This document shows positions 19,136 through 27,798 of a DNA stretch of 64,000 bases, piece by piece. Made by a program: the position numbers and the translations under genes. Under the pieces are notes generated by a model. That model made no database searches. It was given only the letters and a program-made list of their open reading frames with translations, and had not been told where the DNA came from. Location of the stretch: contig CAYTIC010000004.1 in the NCBI GenBank assembly GCA_964437795.1, positions 3,475-67,474 of the forward strand, read 5' to 3'. Positions within the stretch are counted from its first letter, which is position 1, and each line of letters starts with the position of its first letter. The DNA comes from an uncultured Dehalococcoidales bacterium (GTDB lineage Bacteria > Chloroflexota > Dehalococcoidia > GIF9 > UBA5629).

Positions 19136-19783
19136 ATGGCATTTCAGAGGTCAGACCTGGTAAATTTCTATTCCCACCTGCTGGCTGCTGTGGCAGCGCT
19201 GGCAGGCTACATAGTGCTGCTGTGCAACTCGTCCGGATCCGTCACCAAGATCGTCCTTTCCAGTATCTACAGCCTGAGTGCGATATTCATATTTACCTGC
19301 AGCGCCATTTACCACGGGCAAAAAGCCGGCGAAGACGAGCGCAATCCCTGGCGCCGGCTGGACCATATAGCGATATTCTTCATGATCGCCGGCACGTATA
19401 CACCGATAAGCTTTATCTACCTGGATGGCTGGTGGCGCTGGGGCACGATCGGCGCTCAATGGCTGCTTGTCATCCTTGGATTGATCTTCAAGCTCGTTTA
19501 TATCCACGGCCCGCGCTGGCTGACCACTGTGATCTATGTCCTGATGGGCTGGATGTTGCTGGTACCCCTTATCTGGGGCCCTTTGCTGACAACGATGCCG
19601 GCTAAATCGCTCTGGCTGCTATTGGCCGGCGGAGTTGCTTACACCCTGGGGGCGGTCTTCTATGCACTCAAGAAGCCCAATCCGCTTCCGGGTGTCTTCG
19701 GTTTTCACGAGATATTCCACCTGCTGGTCATCGCAGGGGCAGTGCTGCACTACATGGTGGTCTACTACGCGATAACTAATTAA
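19136..19783 (+). CDS. hemolysin III/PAQR family channel protein
   Basis: 7-TM protein with the HlyIII signature (…YHGQK…RRLDHIAIFFMIAGTYTP…); GGGAG RBS. Confidence 0.8.
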   Translation: MAFQRSDLVNFYSHLLAAVAALAGYIVLLCNSSGSVTKIVLSSIYSLSAIFIFTCSAIYHGQKAGEDERNPWRRLDHIAIFFMIAGTYTPISFIYLDGWWRWGTIGAQWLLVILGLIFKLVYIHGPRWLTTVIYVLMGWMLLVPLIWGPLLTTMPAKSLWLLLAGGVAYTLGAVFYALKKPNPLPGVFGFHEIFHLLVIAGAVLHYMVVYYAITN

Positions 19784-19786
19784 CAT

Positions 19787-19877
19787 GTCATTGTGAGCCG
19801 GGAGGACGCGGCAATCTGTGGATTCGAAGGCGTCATGCGATGAGATTGCTTCGTCGCCGAAGGCTCCTCGCAATGAC
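19787..19877. repeat. MITE/REP-like palindromic element, copy 1 (terminal inverted repeats GTCATTG(T/C)GAG…GCAATC)
   Basis: gtcattgtgagccgggaggacgcggcaatc … gattgcttcgtcgccgaaggctcctcgcaatgac; ~30-bp TIRs around a ~27-bp core; upstream of the MBL gene. Confidence 0.6.
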
Positions 19878-19901
19878 GCAATGATGTGACGGAGGACGAG
19901 C

Positions 19902-20675
19902 ATGAAAATCGAGATGCTGGGTGCGCACAATACAGAGACCGATAAGGCCCGACTGCCCGCATTGCTGGTGGACGATGTGATTGCGCTGGATGCAGGCGGG
20001 CTGACCTCGTCACTGCCATTGGAAAGGCAGCAACGTATTAAAACCGTATTGCTTACGCACCATCACTTCGATCACTGCAAGGACCTGATCATGCTGGGGG
20101 CAAATAATAGCCAGCCTCCCTCAACGGTCGATGTTTACGGGCTGCGGGATACGCTCGAAATAGTTTATCTTTACCTGCTGGATGGGAAGATGTACCGCGA
20201 TTATACCTGCTGGCCTTCTGCGGAGAATCCACGGCTGAAGCTCAAACCCGTTGCATTATTTCAGACGATGATCCTGCAAAATCTGGAAGTGATGCCGTTG
20301 CCGGTCAGCCACTCTGTACCCGCGGTCGGCTATTTCGTCAGGGTGGAAAACGGCAAAAGCATCTTTTATGCGGGCGATACGGGGCCGGGCCTGTCCGGCT
20401 GCTGGGAGCGCATAGCCCCGGACCTGCTGGTTATAGAGGTCACGCATTTGAATCGCGAACAGGAAAATATGGACAGGCTGCGTCACATGACGCCCGGGAT
20501 GCTGGCGGGGGAGCTTACCGAGTTCCGCACGGCCAGGGGTTACCTGCCACGAGTAATCGTCAACCATCTACCCGTGGCATACGAGGACGAGATGAGAGCG
20601 GAGCTAACCGCAGCCGGTAAACAGATCGAGATGGAGATAGAGATCGGCTACGAAGGCCTGACGATAGAACTATAA
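19902..20675 (+). CDS. MBL-fold metallo-hydrolase
   Basis: LLTHHHFDHCKDL metal-binding motif. Confidence 0.8.
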   Translation: MKIEMLGAHNTETDKARLPALLVDDVIALDAGGLTSSLPLERQQRIKTVLLTHHHFDHCKDLIMLGANNSQPPSTVDVYGLRDTLEIVYLYLLDGKMYRDYTCWPSAENPRLKLKPVALFQTMILQNLEVMPLPVSHSVPAVGYFVRVENGKSIFYAGDTGPGLSGCWERIAPDLLVIEVTHLNREQENMDRLRHMTPGMLAGELTEFRTARGYLPRVIVNHLPVAYEDEMRAELTAAGKQIEMEIEIGYEGLTIEL

Positions 20676-20726
20676 CCGTAATGCAGGAGCGTACCTTCAG
20701 CTGCGCCCGATTCGACCACCGGGCAT

Positions 20727-20808
20727 GTCATTGCGAGGAACGTAGTGACGAAGCAATCCTGTACGTGATGATGAGTTCACAAGATTGCCACGCTTCGCTC
20801 GCAATGAC
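20727..20808. repeat. MITE/REP-like palindromic element, copy 2
   Basis: gtcattgcgaggaacgtagtgacgaagcaatcc … gattgccacgcttcgctcgcaatgac; same TIR family as 19787-19877; between convergent MBL and hbd genes. Confidence 0.6.
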
Positions 20809-20838
20809 GAGGGTGTAAATGCCTGCCGCACCTTCGTT

Positions 20839-21723
20839 TCACAGCTTGGTAACGTCGAAGGGGACCATCTTGCCGTCGGGCGAGTAATCGTAGAAGCCCT
20901 TTCCGACCTTGCGTCCCAGCCTTCCTGCCTTGAGCATTTTCTCTAAAAGGGGCGATGAAGTCGCGATATCAGAGGCTCCCAGCGCCGCGAAGGATTTGCC
21001 CACCCGCACATAGGTATCGATGCCCGCGTTGTCGGCGATCTCGAAGGGCCCCACATTCCAGTTGAACCCGTACCGCATGCCTTTGTCGACGTCTTCCACA
21101 GACGCGATGCCGTTCTCGACCAGCGACAGCGCCTCACGGAAAGCGACACCGCTGACGCGGTTCATGATGAAGCCAGGTATATCCTTCATGACCTTTACCG
21201 GGTACTGTCCGAGGGAAGCTATGAAATCCACGCTCTTTTTGAACACTGCGTCAGACGTCTTCTCCCCCTTGATGACCTCGACCAGCCGCATCATGGGCAC
21301 CGGGCCGAAAAAATGCAGGCCGACCACCCTCTCAGGATGCTTCGTAAGGGAAGCCAGACGCGTGATGGGGATGCTGGAGGTGTTGGAGGCTAAAATAGTC
21401 TCAGCCGGGCAGGATGCGTCCAGGCCCCGGAACAGCTCTTTTTTCATTTTTTCGTCTTCGAAGACAGCTTCGATAACCCATTGACACTTCGGGGCGATAG
21501 AGAGGTCGCTGACGGCGCTGATCCTATCCTGGACCGCCTTGGCGCTGTCTTTGATCCTGCCTTTGCCGGCAAGCTTCTCGGTCGACCATTTGATCTGCGC
21601 CATGCTCTTTGCGACAGATTCGGGATTCATATCCTGCAGGTAGACGGTATAGCCTGCCTGCGCTGCCACCTGGGCGATGCCCCCACCCATGAACCCGGCG
21701 CCGATGACCATGACTTTATCCAT
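20839..21723 (-). CDS. hbd: 3-hydroxybutyryl-CoA/3-hydroxyacyl-CoA dehydrogenase
   Basis: VMVIGAGFMGGGIAQV NAD-binding motif; GGAG RBS before ATG 21723 (tracker start is further upstream). Confidence 0.85.
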   Translation of the reverse strand: MDKVMVIGAGFMGGGIAQVAAQAGYTVYLQDMNPESVAKSMAQIKWSTEKLAGKGRIKDSAKAVQDRISAVSDLSIAPKCQWVIEAVFEDEKMKKELFRGLDASCPAETILASNTSSIPITRLASLTKHPERVVGLHFFGPVPMMRLVEVIKGEKTSDAVFKKSVDFIASLGQYPVKVMKDIPGFIMNRVSGVAFREALSLVENGIASVEDVDKGMRYGFNWNVGPFEIADNAGIDTYVRVGKSFAALGASDIATSSPLLEKMLKAGRLGRKVGKGFYDYSPDGKMVPFDVTKL

Positions 21724-21941
21724 GATAAAGCTCCTCAAATAGATTTTGTGTTGTGAAATATAACCTGCTTATTGTGCATAAATACGGTGTATTTTACAAC
21801 AGTATCCTGAAATATGTTCCATTTTCCCGATGTGAGTGCGGATAAGGCGCGGTAGCCTGCTTTGTTATATAATTAACAGCGCCGCCTTAAAAGGTGCCCG
21901 CATGTAGGCGGCCGCCAAATAACTTTAATGGAGGTATCCCC

Positions 21942-22658
21942 ATGCCGTTAGTCGAATGGGCCGTTGACGAAAATATCGCCTTGCTCACCATGAAAAGTGG
22001 TGAGAACAGGTTCAACATGGGCTTTTGTAACGAGCTCCTCAAGGCCCTGGATGATATCGAAAAGAAGACCGCTGCCAATGCGCTGGTGGTCAGGTCCGCC
22101 GACGAAAAGATCTGGTGCAACGGTATGGACCTCGACTGGCTGGTGCCCGCTATCGGCCGTAAAGACCCCGAGGTGGAGAAATTCTTCGAAATACAGGACC
22201 AGGTATACAGGCGTATAACTTTCTATCCCATGGTAACGGTGGCCGCGCTGACAGGGCACGCGTTCGCCGGCGGCGCCATATTGGCCTGCTCCTTCGATTT
22301 TCTCTTCATGCGCTCCGACCGCGGTTTCCTGTGTTTCCCGGAAGTCGATCTTAACATCCCGTTCCTGCCGTACATGGATGCCCTGATCAAGAGGACCTTG
22401 CCCTCAACCAGAGTACGCGAAGCCCAGTTCACCGGCAAGCGCTACACGGCTGCAGAGCTTGAGAAAATCAGCGTTGTACGCAAGGCCTGCCCCTCGGCAG
22501 ACGAGACTGTTAAAGAAGCTGTGGCCTTCGCTAAAAGCCTGAATAAGGGCAGAGGTATCATTGGCGAGATGAAAAAAGTCATGAACGCCCGGATCGGATA
22601 TTTGATGGATAACGTGGTGAGGCCTAAACTGGATACGGGCGGCGTCCCCATCAAATAG
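21942..22658 (+). CDS. enoyl-CoA hydratase/isomerase family protein
   Basis: Crotonase fold; GGAGG RBS 8 nt before ATG 21942. Confidence 0.8.
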   Translation: MPLVEWAVDENIALLTMKSGENRFNMGFCNELLKALDDIEKKTAANALVVRSADEKIWCNGMDLDWLVPAIGRKDPEVEKFFEIQDQVYRRITFYPMVTVAALTGHAFAGGAILACSFDFLFMRSDRGFLCFPEVDLNIPFLPYMDALIKRTLPSTRVREAQFTGKRYTAAELEKISVVRKACPSADETVKEAVAFAKSLNKGRGIIGEMKKVMNARIGYLMDNVVRPKLDTGGVPIK

Positions 22659-22676
22659 GTGCGTCAGATCAACTTT

Positions 22677-24326
22677 ATGAGAATTAGTCATATTCGAATC
22701 AGGGCGGTCCCCGTCCTGATACTGCCTTTGGTTATCGTAGCAGCGGTGCTAAGCGCCTGCAGCGGTCCCGGCATTGCGGATTCACTTGTAAAAGTACAAT
22801 CCGGTGACACGGTTGTCAACGGTATAATCATCGATAGCACCGGCTACATAGTCACCGGCGCTGGCGCGCTGGGCGACGCCGGCGCCCTGTCCGTTGAGCT
22901 TAAACCCGGGCAGAGCTATACAGGCCGTTTGATATGCAGGGATAGCGCCAGGAACCTGGCAATCCTCAAGATCGAAGGCGGTTACCCTGCGCTCAAGCCT
23001 GCCCTGCTGGGAGATTCTGATCTGGTTCATCAGTGGGATGAAGTGACTGTCTGGGGTAACATGCCGGGCACTTCAAGCCCGGTAGAATCAAAGGGCGCCG
23101 TAACTTCACTGCCCAAGGACGAGGGAACTGCCTACCTGCAGACGAATGCCGCTCTGGACCCGTCGGCGGCCGGAAGCGCCGTCCTGAACAAGGCCGGTGA
23201 GCTGGTCGGGATGGTTTCCTGGAATGCCGGACAGGTGGGCCGGGAAGGGTTCGTGCTATCTTCCAACGAGGTGAAGACGGTACTGACCCAGGCGCAGGAA
23301 GCAGAGGCTGATCCGCTTACTATCGTGTTGCCCGACCCACCGGACGTTTTCAGCGACCGCGCAGTAATATCCTGGAAGACTAACCGCCCGGCAACCGGAC
23401 AGGTGGAGTTCGGTCCAAAAGACTCGTACGGCAACAAGACGGCTTTGGATACGACCATGCTGACTACTCATGCGGCAGTACTGCAGGGACTTGTGCCGAA
23501 AATGACCTATTATTTCCGTGTGCTTTCTGAGGACTGCTGCGGCAACACGGCGGCATCCAGGGGATATACGCTCACCACCACGGCAGCAGGCGCCCAGGGG
23601 GGCAAATTCACGATCTCAAATATAGACGTCTACGATATCACCAGTTCAGCCGCGTCGGTGAGATGGATTACCAACAAACCGGCCACGGGCGCTGTAACCT
23701 ACCGGGCGGATAAAGCGACGGAATCCGATAGTGAAAGCGATAATAGTTTTGTGTACGAACACAAATTCAGGCTGAGCGGCCTGAGCCCGGAGACGCGCTA
23801 TAACGTGAGCATCAAATCTGAGACGGATTTCGATGAATCTGCCGGGCAGGCCCTGGACCCCTTCATGACGCCGCCGACTTCACCGGTCTGTTGTAAGATC
23901 AACTGCAGGATCCCCGATTTCTCTTTTAAAACACTCCAGGGGACCGATTTTACCAACAAGGATATTGCGGGCAAAAAGGTGTTCATCGTGTTTACCAAGA
24001 CCACATGCCCGACCTGCATGAAGCAGGCCCTTTTCCTTAACGATGTCATTCGAGATTGGCCAAAGGGGACCGATATGATGATGTTCATGGTGGCCAGCAG
24101 CGAGAAGAAAGCCGATGTCGAGGAGTGGATCAAGAAATACGGGCTGAACATGCCCGTTTATATAGACTCGACGGCCAACCTGGTCAGCGGGTGCCAGTTC
24201 AGGACCATACCCACGGCGCTTTTCCTGGATACCGGGTCGGTTATCAGGGACTACAAGAGCGGCGGATTCGGCAGCAAAAAAGACATGGAAGAGTCGTTGA
24301 AGCAGTTCTATCAGAAAGAGCGATAG
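22677..24326 (+). CDS. lipoprotein: degenerate S1 (HtrA-like) protease domain + two FN3/PAP-N-like domains + TlpA/ResA-like thioredoxin domain
   Basis: Lipobox LSAC; the trypsin-like region has PSAAGSAV where the GNSGG catalytic-Ser motif is expected (Ser to Ala); C-terminal TTCPTC thioredoxin motif. Confidence 0.7.
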   Translation: MRISHIRIRAVPVLILPLVIVAAVLSACSGPGIADSLVKVQSGDTVVNGIIIDSTGYIVTGAGALGDAGALSVELKPGQSYTGRLICRDSARNLAILKIEGGYPALKPALLGDSDLVHQWDEVTVWGNMPGTSSPVESKGAVTSLPKDEGTAYLQTNAALDPSAAGSAVLNKAGELVGMVSWNAGQVGREGFVLSSNEVKTVLTQAQEAEADPLTIVLPDPPDVFSDRAVISWKTNRPATGQVEFGPKDSYGNKTALDTTMLTTHAAVLQGLVPKMTYYFRVLSEDCCGNTAASRGYTLTTTAAGAQGGKFTISNIDVYDITSSAASVRWITNKPATGAVTYRADKATESDSESDNSFVYEHKFRLSGLSPETRYNVSIKSETDFDESAGQALDPFMTPPTSPVCCKINCRIPDFSFKTLQGTDFTNKDIAGKKVFIVFTKTTCPTCMKQALFLNDVIRDWPKGTDMMMFMVASSEKKADVEEWIKKYGLNMPVYIDSTANLVSGCQFRTIPTALFLDTGSVIRDYKSGGFGSKKDMEESLKQFYQKER

Positions 24327-24356
24327 GTAGAGGTTTAACCGGAAAGAGGTTATACC

Positions 24357-24388
24357 AAGGCCGGCGCCCCGACAGGGGCGCCGGCCTT
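24357..24388. terminator. GC-rich perfect hairpin between convergent genes (candidate bidirectional terminator)
   Basis: aaggccggcgcccc-gaca-ggggcgccggcctt (14-bp stem); flanked by aaaatt/aatttt rather than a classic U-tract. Confidence 0.45.
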
Positions 24389-24399
24389 AAAATTAGTGG

Positions 24400-26037
24400 T
24401 TAAGACCTGAATACGAAGCTGAGCGCGCCTGCAAGATCGATGGTATCACCGTCGTTCAGGGCGTGCTTGCCCGTACCCTTTATGGAGGAGCCGTTCAGCC
24501 TGGTGCCGTTAGTGCTGCCCCGGTCCTCGACATAGTACTGGCCGTTTTCATAGCTGACCGTGATATGTTGCCTGGATATCAGGTCGGCTTTGTCGGGGGC
24601 TACCATGGACTGGAAGTCCCTGCGCCCCAGAGGATTGCCGTCACCCGCCAGCGAAAGCTCGCTGCCGTTGGAGGCAACGAATTTGGCCGGTGGGCCAACG
24701 GATACCGGCGTGGTTTTGGGAGAACCTGTGGCCGGCAGTGTGGCAACGGGTGAAGTGACAGCAGGCATGGTGCCACCACGTGCGGTGCCATAATGAGCGA
24801 CCTGCGCAGCAGGCTTTCGCAGCAGCAGTATAACTATTATGATGGCGGCGGCGCCTAACAGGGCGATGAGCAGGAGATAAGGCAGCCACCAGGCCAGCGT
24901 CGAATTGCCGTTGCCTGCGCTGGGGATGGTGCTGATCTGGCTTGCAGCGGGAATTGATTCCGTTGTACCGGTATAGGCACTATCGGTGTAATAAGTGCTG
25001 CCGATATAGGGAGCTACTGTAACCGTAGTGCTGGCTACCGCCGTACCCCCGCTGTTGGATGCTGACAGGGTATACGTGGTCGTATAAGCGGGCGTTACAA
25101 CATACATACCGTTATTGGGCACCGAGCCCACCGACGGCGATATGCTGACGTTGGCCGTGTTGTCCACCATCCAGGACAATGTGGCAGTTTGTCCCGACTG
25201 TATATAGCTGGGATTAGCTGTGAATGAGCTGATCACAGGCGCGTAGACCGGGGTAGGTGTGGAAGGCACCACTACGATTGGGTAGGAAGGTGTGATCCAG
25301 GACCTGTACCACGGATAGGGATAGGGATTATATGGGGGGTAGGGAGGATATGGCGGCCGCGGATGTGGAGGAGGTGGTGGCGGCCATGGTGATGGCGGCC
25401 CCGGAGGTGGCGGACCTGGAGGTGGCGGCCATGGAGGTGGCGGACCCGGAGGCGGTGGCCCCGGAGGAGGCGGTCCTGGAGGAGGTGGTCCCGGGGGAGG
25501 TGGAGGAGGCGGATATGGGTATGCCGGCCCGCCGACGGGCGGCGCAGGTGTTATAACCTGGTCTATGATTGTTGGTGACGAGGACGGTGGTGTCGCCGGC
25601 GGCAAAGGGGGTGGTGGGAGAGTGACCTCCGGCGGAGGTGGCGTAGCCTCGGCTACAAGTGTAGGGGGCAATGGCGGCGCTGGATCTGAAGCAGGCATAA
25701 CGGTAGTCTCAGCTACCGGGGCGGAGATAACAGGAAGAATCACAGCCGACGCGTCGATTACCGGAGGCGAGAGTGGCGGAGGTGTATATATGGCTCCCGG
25801 CCCGCCGACGGGCGGCGCAGGTGTTATAACCTGGGCCATGATTGTCGGTGACGAAAGCGGCGGTGTCGTCGTATCAACAGGAGTTTCGGATGGCGCCGGT
25901 TCATCGGCGTAGAACACGCTTGCAGACCGGCTTGTTGAAACATCCTGCGCTGCAGAGGCAGGCGTAAGCGGCAGCATGAGTGCAGAGCAGATTAATAGCG
26001 CTGCCGCAAGGAACTGTATAGTTTTATTTATGTTCAT
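24400..26037 (-). CDS. single-pass membrane protein: signal peptide, Pro-rich stalk with internal repeat, Ig-like domain, TM, C-terminal cytoplasmic FHA domain (FHA paralog 1)
   Basis: AGGAGG RBS; signal peptide; extreme (PPPPG)n tract; TM LLLIALLGAAAIIIVILLL; FHA signature GRRD…SRQH…STNGT. Confidence 0.8.
   Translation of the reverse strand: MNINKTIQFLAAALLICSALMLPLTPASAAQDVSTSRSASVFYADEPAPSETPVDTTTPPLSSPTIMAQVITPAPPVGGPGAIYTPPPLSPPVIDASAVILPVISAPVAETTVMPASDPAPPLPPTLVAEATPPPPEVTLPPPPLPPATPPSSSPTIIDQVITPAPPVGGPAYPYPPPPPPPGPPPPGPPPPGPPPPGPPPPWPPPPGPPPPGPPSPWPPPPPPHPRPPYPPYPPYNPYPYPWYRSWITPSYPIVVVPSTPTPVYAPVISSFTANPSYIQSGQTATLSWMVDNTANVSISPSVGSVPNNGMYVVTPAYTTTYTLSASNSGGTAVASTTVTVAPYIGSTYYTDSAYTGTTESIPAASQISTIPSAGNGNSTLAWWLPYLLLIALLGAAAIIIVILLLRKPAAQVAHYGTARGGTMPAVTSPVATLPATGSPKTTPVSVGPPAKFVASNGSELSLAGDGNPLGRRDFQSMVAPDKADLISRQHITVSYENGQYYVEDRGSTNGTRLNGSSIKGTGKHALNDGDTIDLAGALSFVFRS
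25385..25510 (-). repeat. coding tandem repeat, ~15-bp unit (GGAGGTGGCGGNCCN on the + strand) encoding (PPPPG)n
   Basis: about 8 consecutive units visible in the DNA; lies within FHA paralog 1. Confidence 0.7.
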
Positions 26038-26057
26038 TTTATCCTCCTCTTGAATTG

Positions 26058-27641
26058 CTATATTTTAAAGGTGATACTAAGTTTATCGGCCAGCTCAACT
26101 ACATCACCGTCGACAAGGGCCTGCCTTCCATTGCCGCGGATCTCGGAGCCGTTGACCCTGGTGCCGTTTGTGCTGCTGCGGTCCTCGATATAGTATTTTC
26201 CATCTTCATACCATACGTTTATGTGCTGCCTGGATATGAATGAGGACCTTTCTCCGGGAAGAAGCTTTTCAAAGTCCTGGCGGCCTAACGTCCTGGTATT
26301 GCCGGCCAGCAGCATCTCGCTTCCGTCGGGCATAACCAACTTGGCCGGCGGAGCTTCCGTGACTGAAGTAGACGGTCCGGAATCGCCCGCTGTTGAAGTG
26401 GCGGCAGTCGATGTGGCGGCGGCAGAGGTAGAGGCAGCAGATGTAGCTGAGGCTGCCCGGGCGCCCGCTGCGCCGGTCGGATGGGATGCCCGGGGTCTCC
26501 TGACCAGCATTATGACTATCACGGTGGCCGCTATGGCCAGAAGTCCCAGAAGGCCGTAAAGCAGGTAGGGCGGTTGCTCAACTAATAAGGTTACAGCCAC
26601 CGCCTGTGTGGTACCGTCGATGTATGTGGCGGTTAGGTTGTAGGTGGTTGTTTGATCGGGCGTCACCGTCATAGTCCCCATAGCGTCGAAGTTACCCAGC
26701 CCTTCTATAAAAACCTTTACAGCGGCCGGGGCATTCCACGAAAGTACAGTGGATTGACCGGACTGTATGGTGGGCTGCTGTACGGTCAAAGTCGGTGATA
26801 CCCTCGGTATAACACTGATACTGGTGTTGGCGGTAACCGTGCTGCCTGAACTGCCCGTTGCCGACAGGGTGTAAGTGGTGGTTGCACCTGGGGTAACGGT
26901 CGTTGAACCCGATGTGCCCACTGTCCCAATCCCCGGAGTAATGGCGACGTTATTAGCGTTTGTGGTGGTCCAGGTAAGGGTGACCGTCTGTCCGACATCT
27001 ACCGACGATGCATTTGCACTGAAGGAGTTGATCACAGGCGGGTAGATCGGCCTGGGCGATGGCCCGCTGTAAGGGGAAATACTTCCGCGCGTATAGTTGA
27101 AGCTCAGGGTGCGTGTCGACCATGAGAAGCCGGAGTTGTACCACATCTTCCAGACATAGAGACCGTCGGGGTCCCATGATTCGGCGCTGAACGGCCCGAT
27201 CCGCCACATGCCCGCGTAGGGCCTGTACCACCTGTAGCACAGCCAGTGGCCATAGGGGGTGCTTCCCTGTGGGTAGTATTCCCACAGGTAAAAGTAACCC
27301 GGGCCGTTAAATGATACAACCAGGTAGCACAGGTCATTGCGGTACAGGTTGTACAACGTTTGCCCGTAGCTGGTCACAAGGTAGGCATTTACGATCGAAC
27401 CGGCAGCTCCCGGCGGGGGTGGTGTCGGGACCGTCATCTGGAGGCTGGGCCAGGTCTGATTGTAAGTATCAACTGCGACCGGGGGCTCAACCATTTCGCC
27501 GCCATCGTCCGGCGGTTGCCAGCTTTCATCGGGATTGACCGGTGGGGATGGCTGAGCCTGAACAGGCGAAAATACTGCAGCCGCTGCAGATACGACCATG
27601 AATGTGATCAGCAACGGTATAATTATCTTTTTCATATACAT
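26058..27641 (-). CDS. single-pass membrane protein: signal peptide, aromatic-rich ectodomain, two Ig-like domains, TM, C-terminal FHA (FHA paralog 2)
   Basis: AGGAGGTGA RBS; YLWEYYPQG…WR(I/L)GPF domain shared with paralog 3; Ig-like repeats shared with paralog 1; FHA GRQD…SRQH…STNGT. Confidence 0.8.
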   Translation of the reverse strand: MYMKKIIIPLLITFMVVSAAAAVFSPVQAQPSPPVNPDESWQPPDDGGEMVEPPVAVDTYNQTWPSLQMTVPTPPPPGAAGSIVNAYLVTSYGQTLYNLYRNDLCYLVVSFNGPGYFYLWEYYPQGSTPYGHWLCYRWYRPYAGMWRIGPFSAESWDPDGLYVWKMWYNSGFSWSTRTLSFNYTRGSISPYSGPSPRPIYPPVINSFSANASSVDVGQTVTLTWTTTNANNVAITPGIGTVGTSGSTTVTPGATTTYTLSATGSSGSTVTANTSISVIPRVSPTLTVQQPTIQSGQSTVLSWNAPAAVKVFIEGLGNFDAMGTMTVTPDQTTTYNLTATYIDGTTQAVAVTLLVEQPPYLLYGLLGLLAIAATVIVIMLVRRPRASHPTGAAGARAASATSAASTSAAATSTAATSTAGDSGPSTSVTEAPPAKLVMPDGSEMLLAGNTRTLGRQDFEKLLPGERSSFISRQHINVWYEDGKYYIEDRSSTNGTRVNGSEIRGNGRQALVDGDVVELADKLSITFKI

Positions 27642-27798
27642 AAATCACCTCCGGGTGAGCTGTATGCTTTTATCCAGTATAAAGGTGTCGTCCCCACTCT
27701 GCTTGACCACTGCCTTACAAGTGCCTGACAATTTTATGATAAGACGGAGGTTAACCGATTTTGAGACAGGATAATATCACACTGAAGGGGAAAACAGA

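Noticed and set aside
24357-24388. Structured RNA gene (tRNA-like) at the GC hairpin
   Set aside because: It is a single perfect 14-bp stem with a 4-nt loop and no cloverleaf; it is best explained as an intergenic terminator or hairpin.
25385-25510. Possible CRISPR array suggested by the regular short repeats
   Set aside because: The repeats are contiguous 15-bp units without spacers, in frame within a CDS encoding poly-proline; no cas genes are present.
25332-25912. Plus-strand ORFs (25332-25556, 25565-25912) rich in Gly/Ala/Glu/Val
   Set aside because: They are antisense shadows of the proline- and Thr/Ser-rich coding repeat of the minus-strand FHA gene; there is no RBS and the composition is repeat-driven.
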